A stretch of 64,000 nt of DNA from Nemertoderma westbladi (taxonomy: Eukaryota > Animalia > Xenacoelomorpha), in contig JAUCBJ010006747.1 of assembly GCA_032718475.1 (NCBI GenBank), forward strand, positions 1,663-65,662. Direction: 5' to 3'. Positions 13,000-25,716 of this stretch are shown in pieces (positions within the stretch are counted from its first letter, which is position 1; each line of letters opens with the position of its first letter). Under the pieces are notes generated by a model that had not been told where the DNA came from, made no database searches, and saw only the letters and a list, made by a program, of their open reading frames with translations. A program made the position numbers and the translations under genes.

Positions 13000-15900
13000 T
13001 TGCTGAAAACATTGTATACTGTTTGTTCTTCAGGTGCTTTATTAGTACTAGTTGGTGCTCGCAATTACCAATATTATTAATACAACGAAATATCACTGAA
13101 TATCACTGATGGTCGGTCAACCGCCAAAAGATCCAATAGGAGTCTAGAAATTCACGAATTCACAAATTCTAGAAATGGCAGGCTACCAACCGACATTCAA
13201 TACAACCCCCCTTCCCCCCACCCCCCCCCCCCCCCCCTCCCCCAACATGCCATACCGTTCCCTTACGTGCAAATACGTTCCCTTAAGTGCAAATGAATAA
13301 ACACATCAGAAAATTATAAAAACATAATTGAATTAGGACGGATGATAGAGGCCGACACGTGTTTGTCCTGGTTAATTTTTGCGCAAATTGAGCCTTTCAA
13401 ATATGTCTGTACATTGTCCATTAGTTCTAGTGCGCTCTTTGTGGACAGTGCTACTAGTCCCTTTGTAATAGTATTAGTGTACCGATCCTTAGTAGTCCCT
13501 TTGTATTAGTATTAGTGTACCGAGAGAAAGCCGCCGCAATATTACATTATTATAACAACATATCCATTGGGTAAGAAAGTGGAGGAGAGCCAGCCCGTCT
13601 CTTAATTTTTTACTTTATATTACGCGATCAATTTTCACTCATCTCGTCATGAACCCAACATGTATGTAACCTTTTGTTAAATTTGTTGGCTATGCGTTTG
13701 CGGTTGTTTGGGCGGAGTGTGGTAGGCCTACACTTTTCACACTTAAATATTTTGGTTGTTAAATGTTACAGGGCATAGCGATCTGAGATATTTCATTTAT
13801 ATTTTATTATGAGAGGAAGAAGAACATACAACGTTATTTACTATATATGTAACGAAATAATTGTTTTCGGGTTTAACTTGGAAGCCTCCAATGGAAGTTG
13901 ATATACAATTATATATAAATTATTTCCATAGTCATGGCAGCATGGTCATTCACCCGTCTTTAGTTAGAAATTTGTTTGCATGAAAGACAGTTTAGTTTAG
14001 TTTTTACTGATTTATTATCTCTTATCTGGCTGGGGTAATAATATAGGATAGGATAAATGGAAGCAAAGTGTGGCAGTGACAAATATTTCCCCGACACCCT
14101 AGCATGTCTTAAGTATATGATATCACAAAGGGGGAAGTTTGGATTCACTGCATAAATGCAGTTCACCAAACTTCCCCCGAATGCACACTGTAACTTCCCA
14201 CTTCCCCCAAATATCCACTGTTGAATTAATTTGAAGCGATATAATAAGTACAAAATTGTGCGAGTTTTTAATTGTGTGGTCCATTTGTTATTTGATCTCT
14301 ATTTATTGTTTAAAGTGCTTTTAATATCACACTGGTTTTTAGAATATTAGAACCTTATGTTTTATTAATTTACCCAATTGAGCCCTTATAAGGGCCGGTT
14401 ATTTGTACGCATATCCCTAATGCGCTCAGTATGGTCCAAACAACATATTAATATGAAAATAAAGTATCTGCAAAGAAAAGAACCCAATACTATATAATTT
14501 GACCTTATTAAAAAATTTGCACTTTTGCAAACTTATTTGTACAAGTGCACTTTAGCAGATCGTAATGGTGGCTCTTATTTAACAAACTTATGTTTATCCT
14601 CTATCGATCTACGATTGTGTATGATCAAGTGTCAGTCGCTAAAAGTGTCAAAAATACAATTTAATAAATCTCGACATTTGCGATTTTGGACCATATTCAT
14701 GGACAATTTAAGTCACGTTATAGACATAAAAAAGTTAAACACATGTTACGATTATAGTTAGAAATCACTCTAAATTACATTTTAATCCAAAAAATAACAT
14801 TCTATGATGAATAGAACTGGAAATAATAATGTTTAAAATGTATAAAAAATGTGCACTTTTTAAGTGCATTTTGCACTAAGTGCACATAAGTCTTTTCCCA
14901 AGTTGTATCCTATTTCACACACTACAATATATCCTCTATCCAATGAAAAACGTTTCAGATTAAACGGCCCAGTAGAACCAAAGTTATTGATGTTTAAAAA
15001 GAGTCACTCGAAAATTTCAAATTCTCTTGTGGATATCAATCACGTCAACGATACCTAAGTTCGCGGGTACGAAATCCAATATTGACCATTCTTATAGGGT
15101 TACAAACAAGGCCAAGTAAAATGGGGGTAACCACAATCTCCAGCAAAAACGCGGTCATGAAGATGAGGATGGGACGGTGTAGAATCGAAGCGATGACACC
15201 AGGGTGCGACTATGGGGCTACGTTCGAACCCATAAAAATAATAGAGTCGATCAATATTAATGCCAGGCGACCTACAAAGATCGAGATCGAGCAATACCGG
15301 TACCTGGACGAGATCGACTACTCCGTACCTGAACTGGACGCCCCGAAAGTGTCTCTCATAGTCGGCATGGATTGTCCGACAGCGCACGAGAGGCTAGAAA
15401 CCATTTTCGGCAATGACAGAGAGCGAGACCCGATGGCCATTCTCATGCTTTTTGGGTGGACGCTCACTGGCCCAATGAAGACGAGGGCCCCGTTGGCGTA
15501 TCCGAAACATCTGGATGCATGCTGTCCAGTACCATGGAGGAAGGATATCAGAAGTCAAGGACGGGTGATGGGGAGGTCCCATATGAGAAGCAGCCCGGGA
15601 AAGGATATCAGGAGTCGGGGGTGGGTATGGATCTGGATCCACGTATAGTGGAAAGGGTGGAGGACGAATCCGGAGAAGTACCATTGGTAGAGGAGACAGG
15701 ACGACAAGTAACAGCAAGGGAGTGGGCGGAGGAGAATGGGTTCGATGCACAGGACCTAGAGGCGGTGGGATGGGACAAAGAAGTCCCTGGCGAGTATCGG
15801 TAAGGGAATGGGGAAGAGTGGATGGCGAGGTATCCGGAGAGATGTCTGGAAGAGACACCGATCTTAGAGGGTATAAAGAATATACCGATACTAAGGAGGT

Positions 15901-16626
15901 CGAATAAGAAGACAAGGTGGAAAGGGAGAGGAGCCGATGATAAAGGGTAATGGAGATAGGAAAGTTAGAGGAGACGTGTTGCACACGGGGCTGGCAGAAT
16001 GCGAGGGGGCATTAAATGGTAAGCCGTTTAATTTAAAGGATGACCAAGGGTCATCGGGGGCTTTAACGCCGGCGCACATATTGAGGGGGAGGCCAGCAGA
16101 GGTGGCATGTACCAATGATGATGACATGAAGGGCGGCATTCTACCGCCAAGTGATGACAAGATGAAGGGTGGTGAGACGGGATGGGTGGAGGGTGGGAAG
16201 ACAATGAGGAGTTCTGTGAGGAGATAGAAAGATCCGATCTTAGGGTGGAGGAGAAGGGAAAGTCAGATCCAAGAGATTTGGAATCGATAAGGAGAGTGGG
16301 GCGGAGAATAAGAGGAACTACAGGGGGGCAGTGGAGAGTTGCCTGCTGGAGGAATCGCCCTTAGGTTGTTGAGTCGTCCAATATATTGGACTGAGGGGGG
16401 TGGGAATGAGGGCGAGACGCCCTTCCCACACACTAAACAAAAATAAAATAAAAATAAAATAAAATAAGTAGTAAAACATTAGTAGCAAGGTACGCTGTAG
16501 GTAGACATTATGTACGTCTGATGGGTATGGACGTACCAACGTACATAATACATAGGTGTAGGTAGTTACAATTACGTACGTCGGACGGGTGCAAAATGTA
16601 CCAACGTACCTAATTTACATACGAAC

Positions 16627-16980
16627 TATTGTGGGCACTGAGGGCGCCACATGAGGAGTTGAGGGGGGGTATGTACGCATACCGTAGTAGAAGGGTACGC
16701 AGTACCATAAGTACGTAACATGTACTATTGTGGGCACTGAGGGCGCCACGTGAGGAGTTGAGGGGGGTATGTACGCATACTGTAGTAGAAGGGTATGCAG
16801 TACCATAGTGAGGATTAGGAGGGGTATACATTGCGTATGTCTGATGGGCACAATGTGCCAACAACGTATGTAATAAATACCAGCACAAGCCGGGTCAATG
16901 GGACCAATAATTATACATAATGCGTACAATAGTGGGCATTGAGGGCGCCACGTGAGGAGATGAGGGGGATATGTAGGCAT
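16627..16980. repeat. Imperfect ~100-bp direct repeats inside the BEL element
   Basis: GTGGGCA(C/T)TGAGGGCGCCAC(A/G)TGAGGAG recurs near 16631, 16730 and 16932. Confidence 0.8.
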
Positions 16981-17373
16981 GGTAGGATAGACTGTGTAGG
17001 CCGCACGAACTAGACTACTGTAGCGCATAGCCCGTAGTGCAGAGTTAGAACATTGCTACAGAGCCAGAAGGTTGTCTGGTAGGAAGCTAGTACAAGAGTA
17101 AGAAAATTGTAGCTAGTCTTCTCTGTAGACAAGTAGTGATGAATTACTTACATAGTAATTGAGTAGTAGATAATGTAATAGAACGTCAATTGAGGTTGGG
17201 GAGTGAACACAGCACTGAAGAATCAGTGGTAAATTGGCACATAGAGGACGATCACTCATACGAAACACTGGCAGAACGCAGATAGGAGGTAGACCATCAC
17301 TGATTTAAACAAATTAAGACCATACTTCGTTATATCTTACCCTACTGAGCCTTTCTAAGGCACCACCAGTCTG

Positions 17374-18036
17374 GTGAGAGAGGAGAATCGTGATGGCGGA
17401 GAAACTATGAAGGAGTTTATCGTATTCCATGGAGAGGGGCGGATATATATGGTCCCGGATGACGTGGAGACAGTAGAGAATGACGGTGGGACAAGAAAGG
17501 GGTCAGGAGGGTCGAGTAGAACTATATTGCTGCATTTAGTGGCGGTGAACGGAGATATTTTTCTATTTGATCTAGCGACCTATGGTAGAAAGACTGGGCC
17601 AAAGTTGAACCACCTACCGGATGCGATGCAGAAGCTAGTAAGGTCAAAGACTACGATCGAGATTGGATCGGTGATACGCGGCAATGTGGAGAGGATTATT
17701 GGACCGGGCACCCCAAATCTTCTGGCCATGCAGGTAGTCTGCATGGCTATGACGAAACCAGGTGGATTAGGATTGGTGGATAACACGGGACAATAGGGAG
17801 TCGTGGTCATGGGTCAGTTGATGGGGCTCATGCCGATGGAGTGGAACAAGTTCCGAGAGGAATACGGTGTGGGACTTGTGAATTCATTCAAGTGGGGGCG
17901 AGACGGGGAGAGACGAGTTATATCACTTCCGAAAGGGGGGCTTAAAACACGTCGTGTAGACGAATATATAATGTATAATATACATACTATAGTCAGATAT
18001 AACCTTTTCCAATTAGCTACTGGGACTGGGGACTAA
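17374..18036 (+). pseudogene. Decayed WRN/EXD-type 3'-5' exonuclease-like ORF
   Basis: IVFHGEG (ExoI-like, D replaced by H), ILLHLVAVNGDIFLFDL and LPDAMQKLVRSKTTIEIGSVIRGNVERI resemble the DnaQ/WRN exonuclease scaffold. In-frame stop at 17796. Confidence 0.5.
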
Positions 18037-18063
18037 TTGACTGGAACAGGAGGATAAGACGAG

Positions 18064-18473
18064 AGTAGTAGGAGAAGCAGTGTCCCCCTCATAGTCCTCC
18101 CTAGCTTGGGCTATGGGCATTCCATTCGGAGGGCTATTAAAAATGCCAATTTCCGGTGCTAAATTGTGGTGGGCGCCATATGTCACCATCGGCAGTTGCC
18201 ATCAACCAATCGTAGCGTAGCCTAACCTCGCGATGCCCGCCTTACTCGACTACTGACTAACTACTAACCCTAATGTTATTCACCTTTTCGCCACGTTACC
18301 ACCACTGTATACTGTATTTATGGTGACGACAACGACGACGTGGCCGTCTACACGCATCACGCATATATTATATTATATCGATTGCCAACTCAACGATTTA
18401 CCCACTGCCAAACCAACCAACCAGTATGATACATGAAATTCCGCCACGTTCCAGCTACGCGTATACGAGCATT
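18064..18473 (+). repeat. Maverick left terminal inverted repeat
   Basis: Reverse complement of ~41676-42125. The outer ~235 bp are nearly identical; the inner part has indels. Confidence 0.95.
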
Positions 18474-18719
18474 AGTGATTATTATTATTATTATTACGCA
18501 GAACCAAATAATTTTTGATTATACAGTAGTTCCCTACCAGCTAATCAACTAACCAATCAATAAACCGAATTTAGGCTATTTCTCAGTTTAAGACCTGTAT
18601 TATTTTTGAAAATATCTTATATATAATCTCTTGCTTTAATCACAATTAATCATTTGTAATGGTTTTAGTTTAAAAGTTTTTACTTTGTTTGTTTGATTTA
18701 CAATAAAATAAATTAAATA

Positions 18720-19163
18720 ATGTCTTCTAATTCCGATATGGTTATGCCAATAGTAAGGCATTCATTTTTTGCAGAAGATGGTGAAGCCTATATTGTTATT
18801 GATTATACAATTTACCGTCGGGGAGATGATAAATATAAAATTGAGTTTTCTGAAAAAGCCAGGAAAGTTTTAAGCTCAATTGATATTGATGCTTCTGATA
18901 ATAGTATTCATCTCTTAGATTACAACCTGAAAGTTGAGCATGAGGGAAAATTAATCAATATCTTACTATTATCCATGATAGAGGGGTTAATTGTCATTAC
19001 ACAATACAACGAAGCTGGTGAAAAGTTTGAAATATGGCTAAATCGGCATAGCCCCTACGAAATTATGTCTTTCTTTATTGTAATGATTTCAAAAGAATCC
19101 TTTGTCGAAACTGAAGAATCAACAGATAATGTTGAATATGTTGATAATATCATTGATTCTTGA
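18720..19163 (+). CDS. Maverick hypothetical protein (acidic, 147 aa)
   Basis: Intact ATG-initiated ORF just inside the left TIR. No recognised motif. Confidence 0.6.
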   Translation: MSSNSDMVMPIVRHSFFAEDGEAYIVIDYTIYRRGDDKYKIEFSEKARKVLSSIDIDASDNSIHLLDYNLKVEHEGKLINILLLSMIEGLIVITQYNEAGEKFEIWLNRHSPYEIMSFFIVMISKESFVETEESTDNVEYVDNIIDS

Positions 19164-19356
19164 CTTTTCCCGCTATATTATAAATATTTTATGATTATTT
19201 ATAAAATTTTGATGTTTTTAATTATGAAAAAAAAAAAAAAAACATCAAATTTTAAATAATCAAAAATTGTAGTAGTAATTGTATATACAGTATAACAGAT
19301 TTGTTTGTTGTTGTGTATTGAGGTAATTATTTTCAATTTACTTTAAAATTTGGAAA

Positions 19357-19806
19357 ATGGATATTTTAAATGAAAAATGTCCAGTTTGCTATTCTAAGTT
19401 ATTGCAACATCGAGATTATTATAAATGTGAAAATAAACATGCAACTTGCGTACAATGTATTGTACAATATTCCGAAATGAATAATTATTGTTCTAAAATT
19501 TGTCCTATTTGTCGCGCACCCATATCTAAGTTTAATATAAAGTTGGCAAGATACCAACCCTATTATTGGAAAGAGCTTCGAAATATAACTTATATTTCTG
19601 CGGAAAGTAATGATCCGGGAGATTTATTTACAATATTGGAGAATATTTTTTATAGAAATGTAGTACGACGGTGTTGCTACTATATTCCTTATTTTTTTAG
19701 CAGCGAACATAAAAAAATCATTAGCGCGAAATTCTCGGGAAGTGATTTCCAAACCGCCGATGTTACCTATCATTATTTCGCGTATAAAGATGCTCACCAT
19801 GCTTGA
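19357..19806 (+). CDS. RING-finger (C3HC4-like) protein, putative E3 ubiquitin ligase
   Basis: CPVC...CENKHATCVQC...CPICR cross-brace pattern. Confidence 0.8.
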   Translation: MDILNEKCPVCYSKLLQHRDYYKCENKHATCVQCIVQYSEMNNYCSKICPICRAPISKFNIKLARYQPYYWKELRNITYISAESNDPGDLFTILENIFYRNVVRRCCYYIPYFFSSEHKKIISAKFSGSDFQTADVTYHYFAYKDAHHA

Positions 19807-20028
19807 AATTACATTGAAAATGAGTCTATACTATAATTGGAAATAGCACCTTTTGTTGCAGCGAGCGTCACATACTGTAGTTGTGTCATATGTTAATTAA
19901 ATATACAGTACTCTAATATTGTAATTGCATCAATTATTGTTATATACATAGTAATGGTGATGGTTTATTGATATTGATATTTATATTATATATATTATAT
20001 TGTTGATATATCTTAATAATAATAATAA

Positions 20029-20711
20029 ATGGCTGACTTTAATTCAGGTCCATATAATTTAAACTTTCAAATGGGAACGAGTATGATAATTTCTGGCCCA
20101 TCTGGTTCTGGAAAGTCAACATTTGTTAGCAATTTAATTAAACACAAGAATGGTTGTTTCAACGAAGCCCCATTGCGAGTATTGTATTGTTACGGGAGCA
20201 ATCCCCCAACTATTCCTGGTATTACTCACCTTTACAAAGGTTTGCCAGAAAATATAGATAGTTTAGTGAATAGTCGAGATTTATTAATTATAGTTATTAA
20301 TATGATTTATTAACAGAAACTGAGTCCAGTACAGCTTTAACTGTATTGTTTACTAAGGTAGCTCATCATTCCAATATATTTATTTGTTTTATAACGCAAA
20401 ACATGTTTTACGGTGGGAAGCATAACCGCACAAGATCAATTAATAGCCATACTTTAGTATTAATGAAAAATCCGCGAGACAGTTTATCGGTTTTAAATTT
20501 CGCGAAGCAGATGTTACCAGGGCAGACCAAATTTTTAGTAGATTCCTATCAAGATGCGACTATTGAACCATTTTCGCATTTCTTAATTGATTTACGACAG
20601 GAAACACCCTAACATTTAAGATTTAGATCGGATATATTTCGTAATCATAATTGTTACATTAAAAATTACATTGACTATAAACGTAGCGATAATAATAATA
20701 ATAATAAATAA
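20029..20711 (+). pseudogene. Maverick A32/FtsK-like DNA-packaging ATPase (frameshift and stop)
   Basis: Walker A ISGPSGSGKST. After a frameshift: FITQNMF...RSINSHTLVLMKNPRD...FLIDL. Premature stop at 20612. Confidence 0.9.
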
Positions 20712-20748
20712 TTAATATTTTATAACAATTTTCAATAATGTTGCAACA

Positions 20749-21132
20749 ATGAATAGACTTGTGCAGAAATATCGTAACGAACTGGAATTTCTACGCAGCG
20801 CTACCCCTCAACAAAGAACTTATTTTATTAACCATACCGCGAGTAACGAATTAATACAGCTCATTGTAAATACTGCATTAAATGTTCTAAAAGGTAACGT
20901 ACAATTGACCCCTCATTCATTTAGAAATATTCGCCACTATAAAAAGGTATTGAAATCACTCAACCGTAAAACAAAAAATATATCAAGTTACAGAAAAAAG
21001 TTAAGCAATCAATCTGGAGGCATACTACCGTTTCTAATACCCTTACTCGGCATTGGTGCGAAACTCGCCGCGAGTGCCGGTGCTGCTGCCGCTGGAGCGG
21101 CTATTGCGAAAAAAATTAACCGTGGACGGTAA
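20749..21132 (+). CDS. Maverick basic core/virion protein with protease-cleavage-like site
   Basis: Basic 127-aa ORF ending QSGG|ILPFLIPLLGIG plus an Ala-rich tail. ALNVLKGNVQL motif typical of the Maverick ORF that follows the ATPase. Confidence 0.75.
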   Translation: MNRLVQKYRNELEFLRSATPQQRTYFINHTASNELIQLIVNTALNVLKGNVQLTPHSFRNIRHYKKVLKSLNRKTKNISSYRKKLSNQSGGILPFLIPLLGIGAKLAASAGAAAAGAAIAKKINRGR

Positions 21133-21134
21133 TA

Positions 21135-21305
21135 ATGGTTAAAACAGGAGTAACATTTAGAAAATTATATTTAGTATCGAGTAAACCGTTAGCTACTGAT
21201 TTAAAACCTCAAGATATACCTAGAGTAAATACTACAAAAAGAAAACCCTTTAAAACATCAACTTCAAAGAAAATAATTAAAAAATTTCAGTTGTTTTTAC
21301 GGTGA
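21135..21305 (+). CDS. Small basic Maverick ORF (56 aa, below the ORF-track cutoff)
   Basis: MVKTGVTFRKLYLVSSKP...FLR*, starting 2 bp after the previous stop. Confidence 0.4.
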   Translation: MVKTGVTFRKLYLVSSKPLATDLKPQDIPRVNTTKRKPFKTSTSKKIIKKFQLFLR

Positions 21306-21356
21306 TGCCCTTTATAAGAGATTTGAATATACATATTACTTGCGGTTGTCGAAAAG

Positions 21357-22445
21357 ATGCCACGCAAGATGAAACCGATTTTAAGCCGAAGCTTAGACAA
21401 AAAACTGTTAAGAATTTATTTAGATCCTTCATTCCCTGCGGGTTTGGCAAGTATCGCAAAATTAGCAAAAGCCGCAAACATCAAACCAGCTCAAGCCCAG
21501 AAATGGTTGAGCGGGCAAAAGACATACTCCCTTCACGCACCATGTAGACATCATTATCCAACATCTAAAATATTTACGGGAGGCTTAAAAGATATATATA
21601 TGATAGATCTGGTGGATATGCAGCAATATAAATCGCAAAATAATAATTATAACTATATATTAACATGTATTGATGCCTTTAGCCGGCTTGCTTTTGCCTA
21701 TGGTATGAAAACAAAAAAGGGTATTGAAATTATTAGTATATTGCAAAAAATATTCCAGAAAGGAAAACCAAACAGAATCGCAACTGATCAAGGGTCTGAG
21801 TTTCTAAATAAATCTGTAAGGAAATATTTAGATACTATTGGTATACAGTATTATGTAATGTATTCTGTGAATAAGGCGGCTATTGTCGAGAGATTCAATA
21901 GAACATTAAAAACAAAGATGTTCAAAATTTTCACGCAACGAGGAAATAATGTTTGGATAAAAATTTTACCGAAGCTCATTTATGCTTATAATAGGTCAGA
22001 TCATAGGACAATAAAAATGACACCCATTGAAGTTAATAAATTTAATGAAACTGAATTAATGAATAGATTATATGGGAAATATAGACAGATTAATCACAAG
22101 AAAATAAAATTTAAAGTTGGAGATACAGTACGATTATCTATCGCTCGTACTGCTTTTGCTAAAGGCTATTGAGAACAATGGACACGTTAATTATTTATTA
22201 TTCATCGGGTCAGATTGGATAGAGTACCAGCGGTAATGTTCGATATTAAGGACAGCGCTGGAGCTATAATAAATGGCTCATTTTATTCATACGAACTCCA
22301 AAAGGTCCACCCGAATAGTAATATTTATCTCCCGATTGATAAAAATATTGGCAAACTTAAAGAACGTGTACGCAATGGGAAAAAATAATATTTAGTCCGA
22401 TTCATCGGATCCAAGAAACAGTCGTGGGTACAGCATATTCAATAA
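21357..22445 (+). pseudogene. Maverick retroviral-like (rve/DDE) integrase with chromodomain-like tail
   Basis: IDLVDM, LTCIDAFSR, TDQGSEF, KAAIVERFNRTLK. Read-through past stops at 22172 onward gives EQWT, GSFYSYELQKV and YLVRFIG...SWV. Confidence 0.93.
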
Positions 22446-22710
22446 GTTTAGGTTTATACTGTATATTAATTCATTTTGGTCACATATGTCCGTAATTAAT
22501 TAATCAATCAATATTAACTCGAATGATATTACTATACTATAGTTCATTTGCTTTAAATAAAGCCAGTAAAATATTGATCCCTCGCATATACTGTAGAAGC
22601 GAAGCGGGAATGAACGTGGTCACCGATGTCTATAATTTAACATTATACCGTACTGTACTGTACTGTATGTACAAAGGAGTCAAGTAGAGAGAGCTTAAAT
22701 AATAATAATA

Positions 22711-23592
22711 ATGGCTGTAGATACATATATCACTCTACTTTCAGATAGCTCATTAAACACTTACCCCAATAATAACCCTAGCGAGTTTCCTGTTGATTTA
22801 GCCGAAGAATTATATATTGGTCCAAACGCTAAAATTGGACTCGCGGAGATACAATACCAAGCAACATACAGTAATATTACTCTGCAAACTCAAATCTCGC
22901 TGTCAATCGGTGTAGATGCAAAAGATGCCAAATTATATAGTTTATTTCCTGGTATGCATAGCTCTATTCAAGTCATTATTGATGATATAAATAAACTGTT
23001 TAATTCTGAAGCAAAATATAGAGATTTCGAATTCATTTTTAATACAAATAATTCTAGAATTAAATTTAAATTTCCTAAAAAGTTGAAAAAAATACAATTA
23101 AGTCTACGTGGTGATTTAATTCAAATTCTAGGCTTAAAACCGTTATTGGATCAGAATCATCCGAGTATTCCGAATTGGGATATATACAGTACCACTACAG
23201 TGGATGAATTAAGCAATATAGAACAGCCGATATTAATTTTAAATTATAGTGGACCAAAAATTTCGGAAATTGGGATTTTAGATTTTCCAGCTCCCACAAA
23301 TATTACTCGTAATAAAGATACTATCTTCATATATACAGATATTATTAAGAGCTCATTTGTTGGTGACGCTTTAGCACCGCTCTTAAGAACCTGTCCTTTA
23401 ACACAATTAAATCAAAAATATATTAATCACGAATACGAGAGCATTTGCTATTACCCGTTGTTGAATAAAAAACTAAAAACAATCTTAATTACTTTACGTG
23501 ACGGTCAAGGTGAATTAATTAATTTCAACTGTGGTCGCACTGTTATAACACTTAAGTTAATACGCGGTGGTGGTGGTGGTGGTGATGGATGA
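22711..23592 (+). CDS. Maverick minor capsid (penton-like) protein 1
   Basis: YITLLSDSSLNTYPNNNPSEF...IGLAEIQY at the N-terminus. IFIYTDII..SFVGD..APLLR...ILITLRDGQGELINF at the C-terminus. Confidence 0.85.
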   Translation: MAVDTYITLLSDSSLNTYPNNNPSEFPVDLAEELYIGPNAKIGLAEIQYQATYSNITLQTQISLSIGVDAKDAKLYSLFPGMHSSIQVIIDDINKLFNSEAKYRDFEFIFNTNNSRIKFKFPKKLKKIQLSLRGDLIQILGLKPLLDQNHPSIPNWDIYSTTTVDELSNIEQPILILNYSGPKISEIGILDFPAPTNITRNKDTIFIYTDIIKSSFVGDALAPLLRTCPLTQLNQKYINHEYESICYYPLLNKKLKTILITLRDGQGELINFNCGRTVITLKLIRGGGGGGDG

Positions 23593-25715
23593 GTTCTACA
23601 TTAGACTACCAAGTAACTCCTGTCCAATTGATTTTCCTCGTAATACTGGTAGTAATTATCAGATCAATTTCCATGGCGCCTTACCTATAAATCCAAACGA
23701 AAACTGGGTGGTAGGTATAAAAAGTATATTTTACTTAGCCACGTTACCGTCCATGTATAACTATGTACAGTCCCTATCTCATTCTAGATACCGTTTCTCA
23801 AACTGGGTACCTTTTCTCTTACCTCACTCTTACTAACTCAAACCTGTCTGGTTTACTCAAACCCAACTCAAACTCGCGTAACCACCCACTGTGCACTGTG
23901 TAGCATTCATACAACAAGCTGTCTGTGTTTAATGGCCCACTTGCTTCTGTTATACTCTGCCTACGGGTTTGATGGTCTTCTGCTGTTATAACATTCCCTA
24001 AACTTGATTTGTTTGTGTGTAATTAACTCCAGTAGACAGTGAGAATTAAGTTGCAGACTCAGTGACTCAATTTATTTTTAAATTTCAGAATAAAAAAATT
24101 ATATGCTAAATTATTAATTAATCTAAATCTCGAATAAACTACTCGATCTACTAATTAAACTAAATTAATTTTTTATTGCATTTATTAAGTATTTATGACT
24201 CATAACATATTAACGTTATTTTACATTAAAATATAACCATATAATATATAACCAACCAATTTTATAAATTTATTTTAATGTCGCGTATTTTCGCTAATGT
24301 TTCTAATGTTTAACTTTAATGTTTTACTAATGTTTAATTCTCTATTACATCGTCAACACAATTATTCCCAATACATCCGGGTGTGGGCATACCGGGCAAA
24401 GGGGCCAGAGGAAACCTCTGTAATTATAGACAGGGCCATATTTATGGGAGGGGGGTGGGGGGGGGGGGGGGGTGTTGCGAGGTCCCATATGCACTAATAA
24501 TTCTTAATTAACAATTCGATTTTTAAACTGATATGTCTTGTAAGGCACCAATTGACATCAAACAGACAGACAACAGAGCACCAATTTCCCACAACAATAT
24601 TCCCAGAATTAAAACTTTCTCTACAAACAGACCGAGCCAGTGTAGTTTAGTTAACAACATACATTTAGTAAAGCCCACAAAGGAACTGTGTGATTGACAT
24701 GTCTTTTATGAGACACACGCAAGCCGGCCTGCCCAGCTTATGTAACTCAAGAGCCCAAGCAACACTAACAGACAGAGGCCCCTTCCCCATGTGGTGCCTC
24801 ACTCAACCAGAGTAATTATCCATCCCGTACAGGAAGAGTAATGCTGAGTATGGCACAGTTGGAGGTCAACCTAACTCAAACCATGGTGCCAGACTCTAGT
24901 TTGAGTTAGATTGAGCTGGCTGCATCTTTCTGATTTCTCAACTCTTACCCCAGTCTTACCTACTGAAATTCTCCGTTGACTATCATTAGTAAACGGTTTG
25001 AGAAATGATACCCAGTTTGAGAAATAATATTCAGAATGAGATAGGGACTGTAGAGAATGTTATTTTATTAAAAAAAGGGAAAAAAAATTTTGAGGATACA
25101 CTTCCATCCGGTTTGTTCTACAGTATCAATGACATTATAGATTATTTTAACACTGGGGCGTTGAAAGATAAATTACAAATAGTTGAAAATACTCAGCAAA
25201 ATAGGTTGCAATTTATTTTAGGGAAAACTGTACGAGAGTTATTTATAGGTCAACAATTAGCCTATTATTTTGGAATTACTGAAAATAATCTCGGCGCGAA
25301 TTTAAATCCAAATTTTAAAATTATTTTGAAGACGAAAAATAATATAAAGGGTTATTTAATAAAGGTTATCGGAAATGAAGAAAAAGCTTACCAGATGGTA
25401 TTTTTATGCCCTCAACCACCCAATTCTATTCCAGAACCTAAATCGAACATGTACGTGACTACTAATATAATTGAAAATGAATATATTAATGACTTTGGTT
25501 TAGCCTTACTTCATCATGTCGCGATACCTGATGACGTGAAATATGGTAGTGTAATAAATAAAGAATTTGTCAAGGATACAATTCATTATATCCCTGTAAA
25601 AAAATCATATAAGATAACATACATTCATATTGAAATAACAGACAAAGAAGGAAAAGATTTGAATTTTGAATACGGCACAACTTCAATTACCTTACACTTT
25701 AAAAAAATAAATTAA
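23585..25715 (+). pseudogene. Maverick minor capsid protein 2, split by a MITE
   Basis: MDEFYIRLPSNS...WVVGIKSIFY...MYNYV joins ENVILLKK...MYVTTNII...IHIEITDKEGKDLNF...ITLHFKK in frame once 23768-25052 is removed. Confidence 0.85.
23768..25050. mobile_element. Tc1/mariner-type non-autonomous element (TA TSD)
   Basis: TA|CAGTCCCTATCTCATTCT ... AGAATGAGATAGGGACTG|TA: perfect 18-bp TIR with TA duplication. Confidence 0.92.
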
Positions 25716-25716
25716 A

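Larger units (their letters stand above)
15082..18063 (+). mobile_element. Degenerate BEL/Pao LTR retrotransposon, left part (host of the Maverick insertion)
   Basis: KVSLIVGMDCP...PMAILMLFGWTLTGP (BEL protease C-terminal region) and LAECEGALNGKPF...ALTPAHILRGRP (BEL integrase C-terminus). Strongly purine-rich + strand. Confidence 0.7.

Noticed and set aside
25005-25050. N-terminus MIPSLRNNIQNEIGT of the 236-aa ORF
   Set aside because: Derived from the MITE right TIR. The true N-terminus is at 23585.
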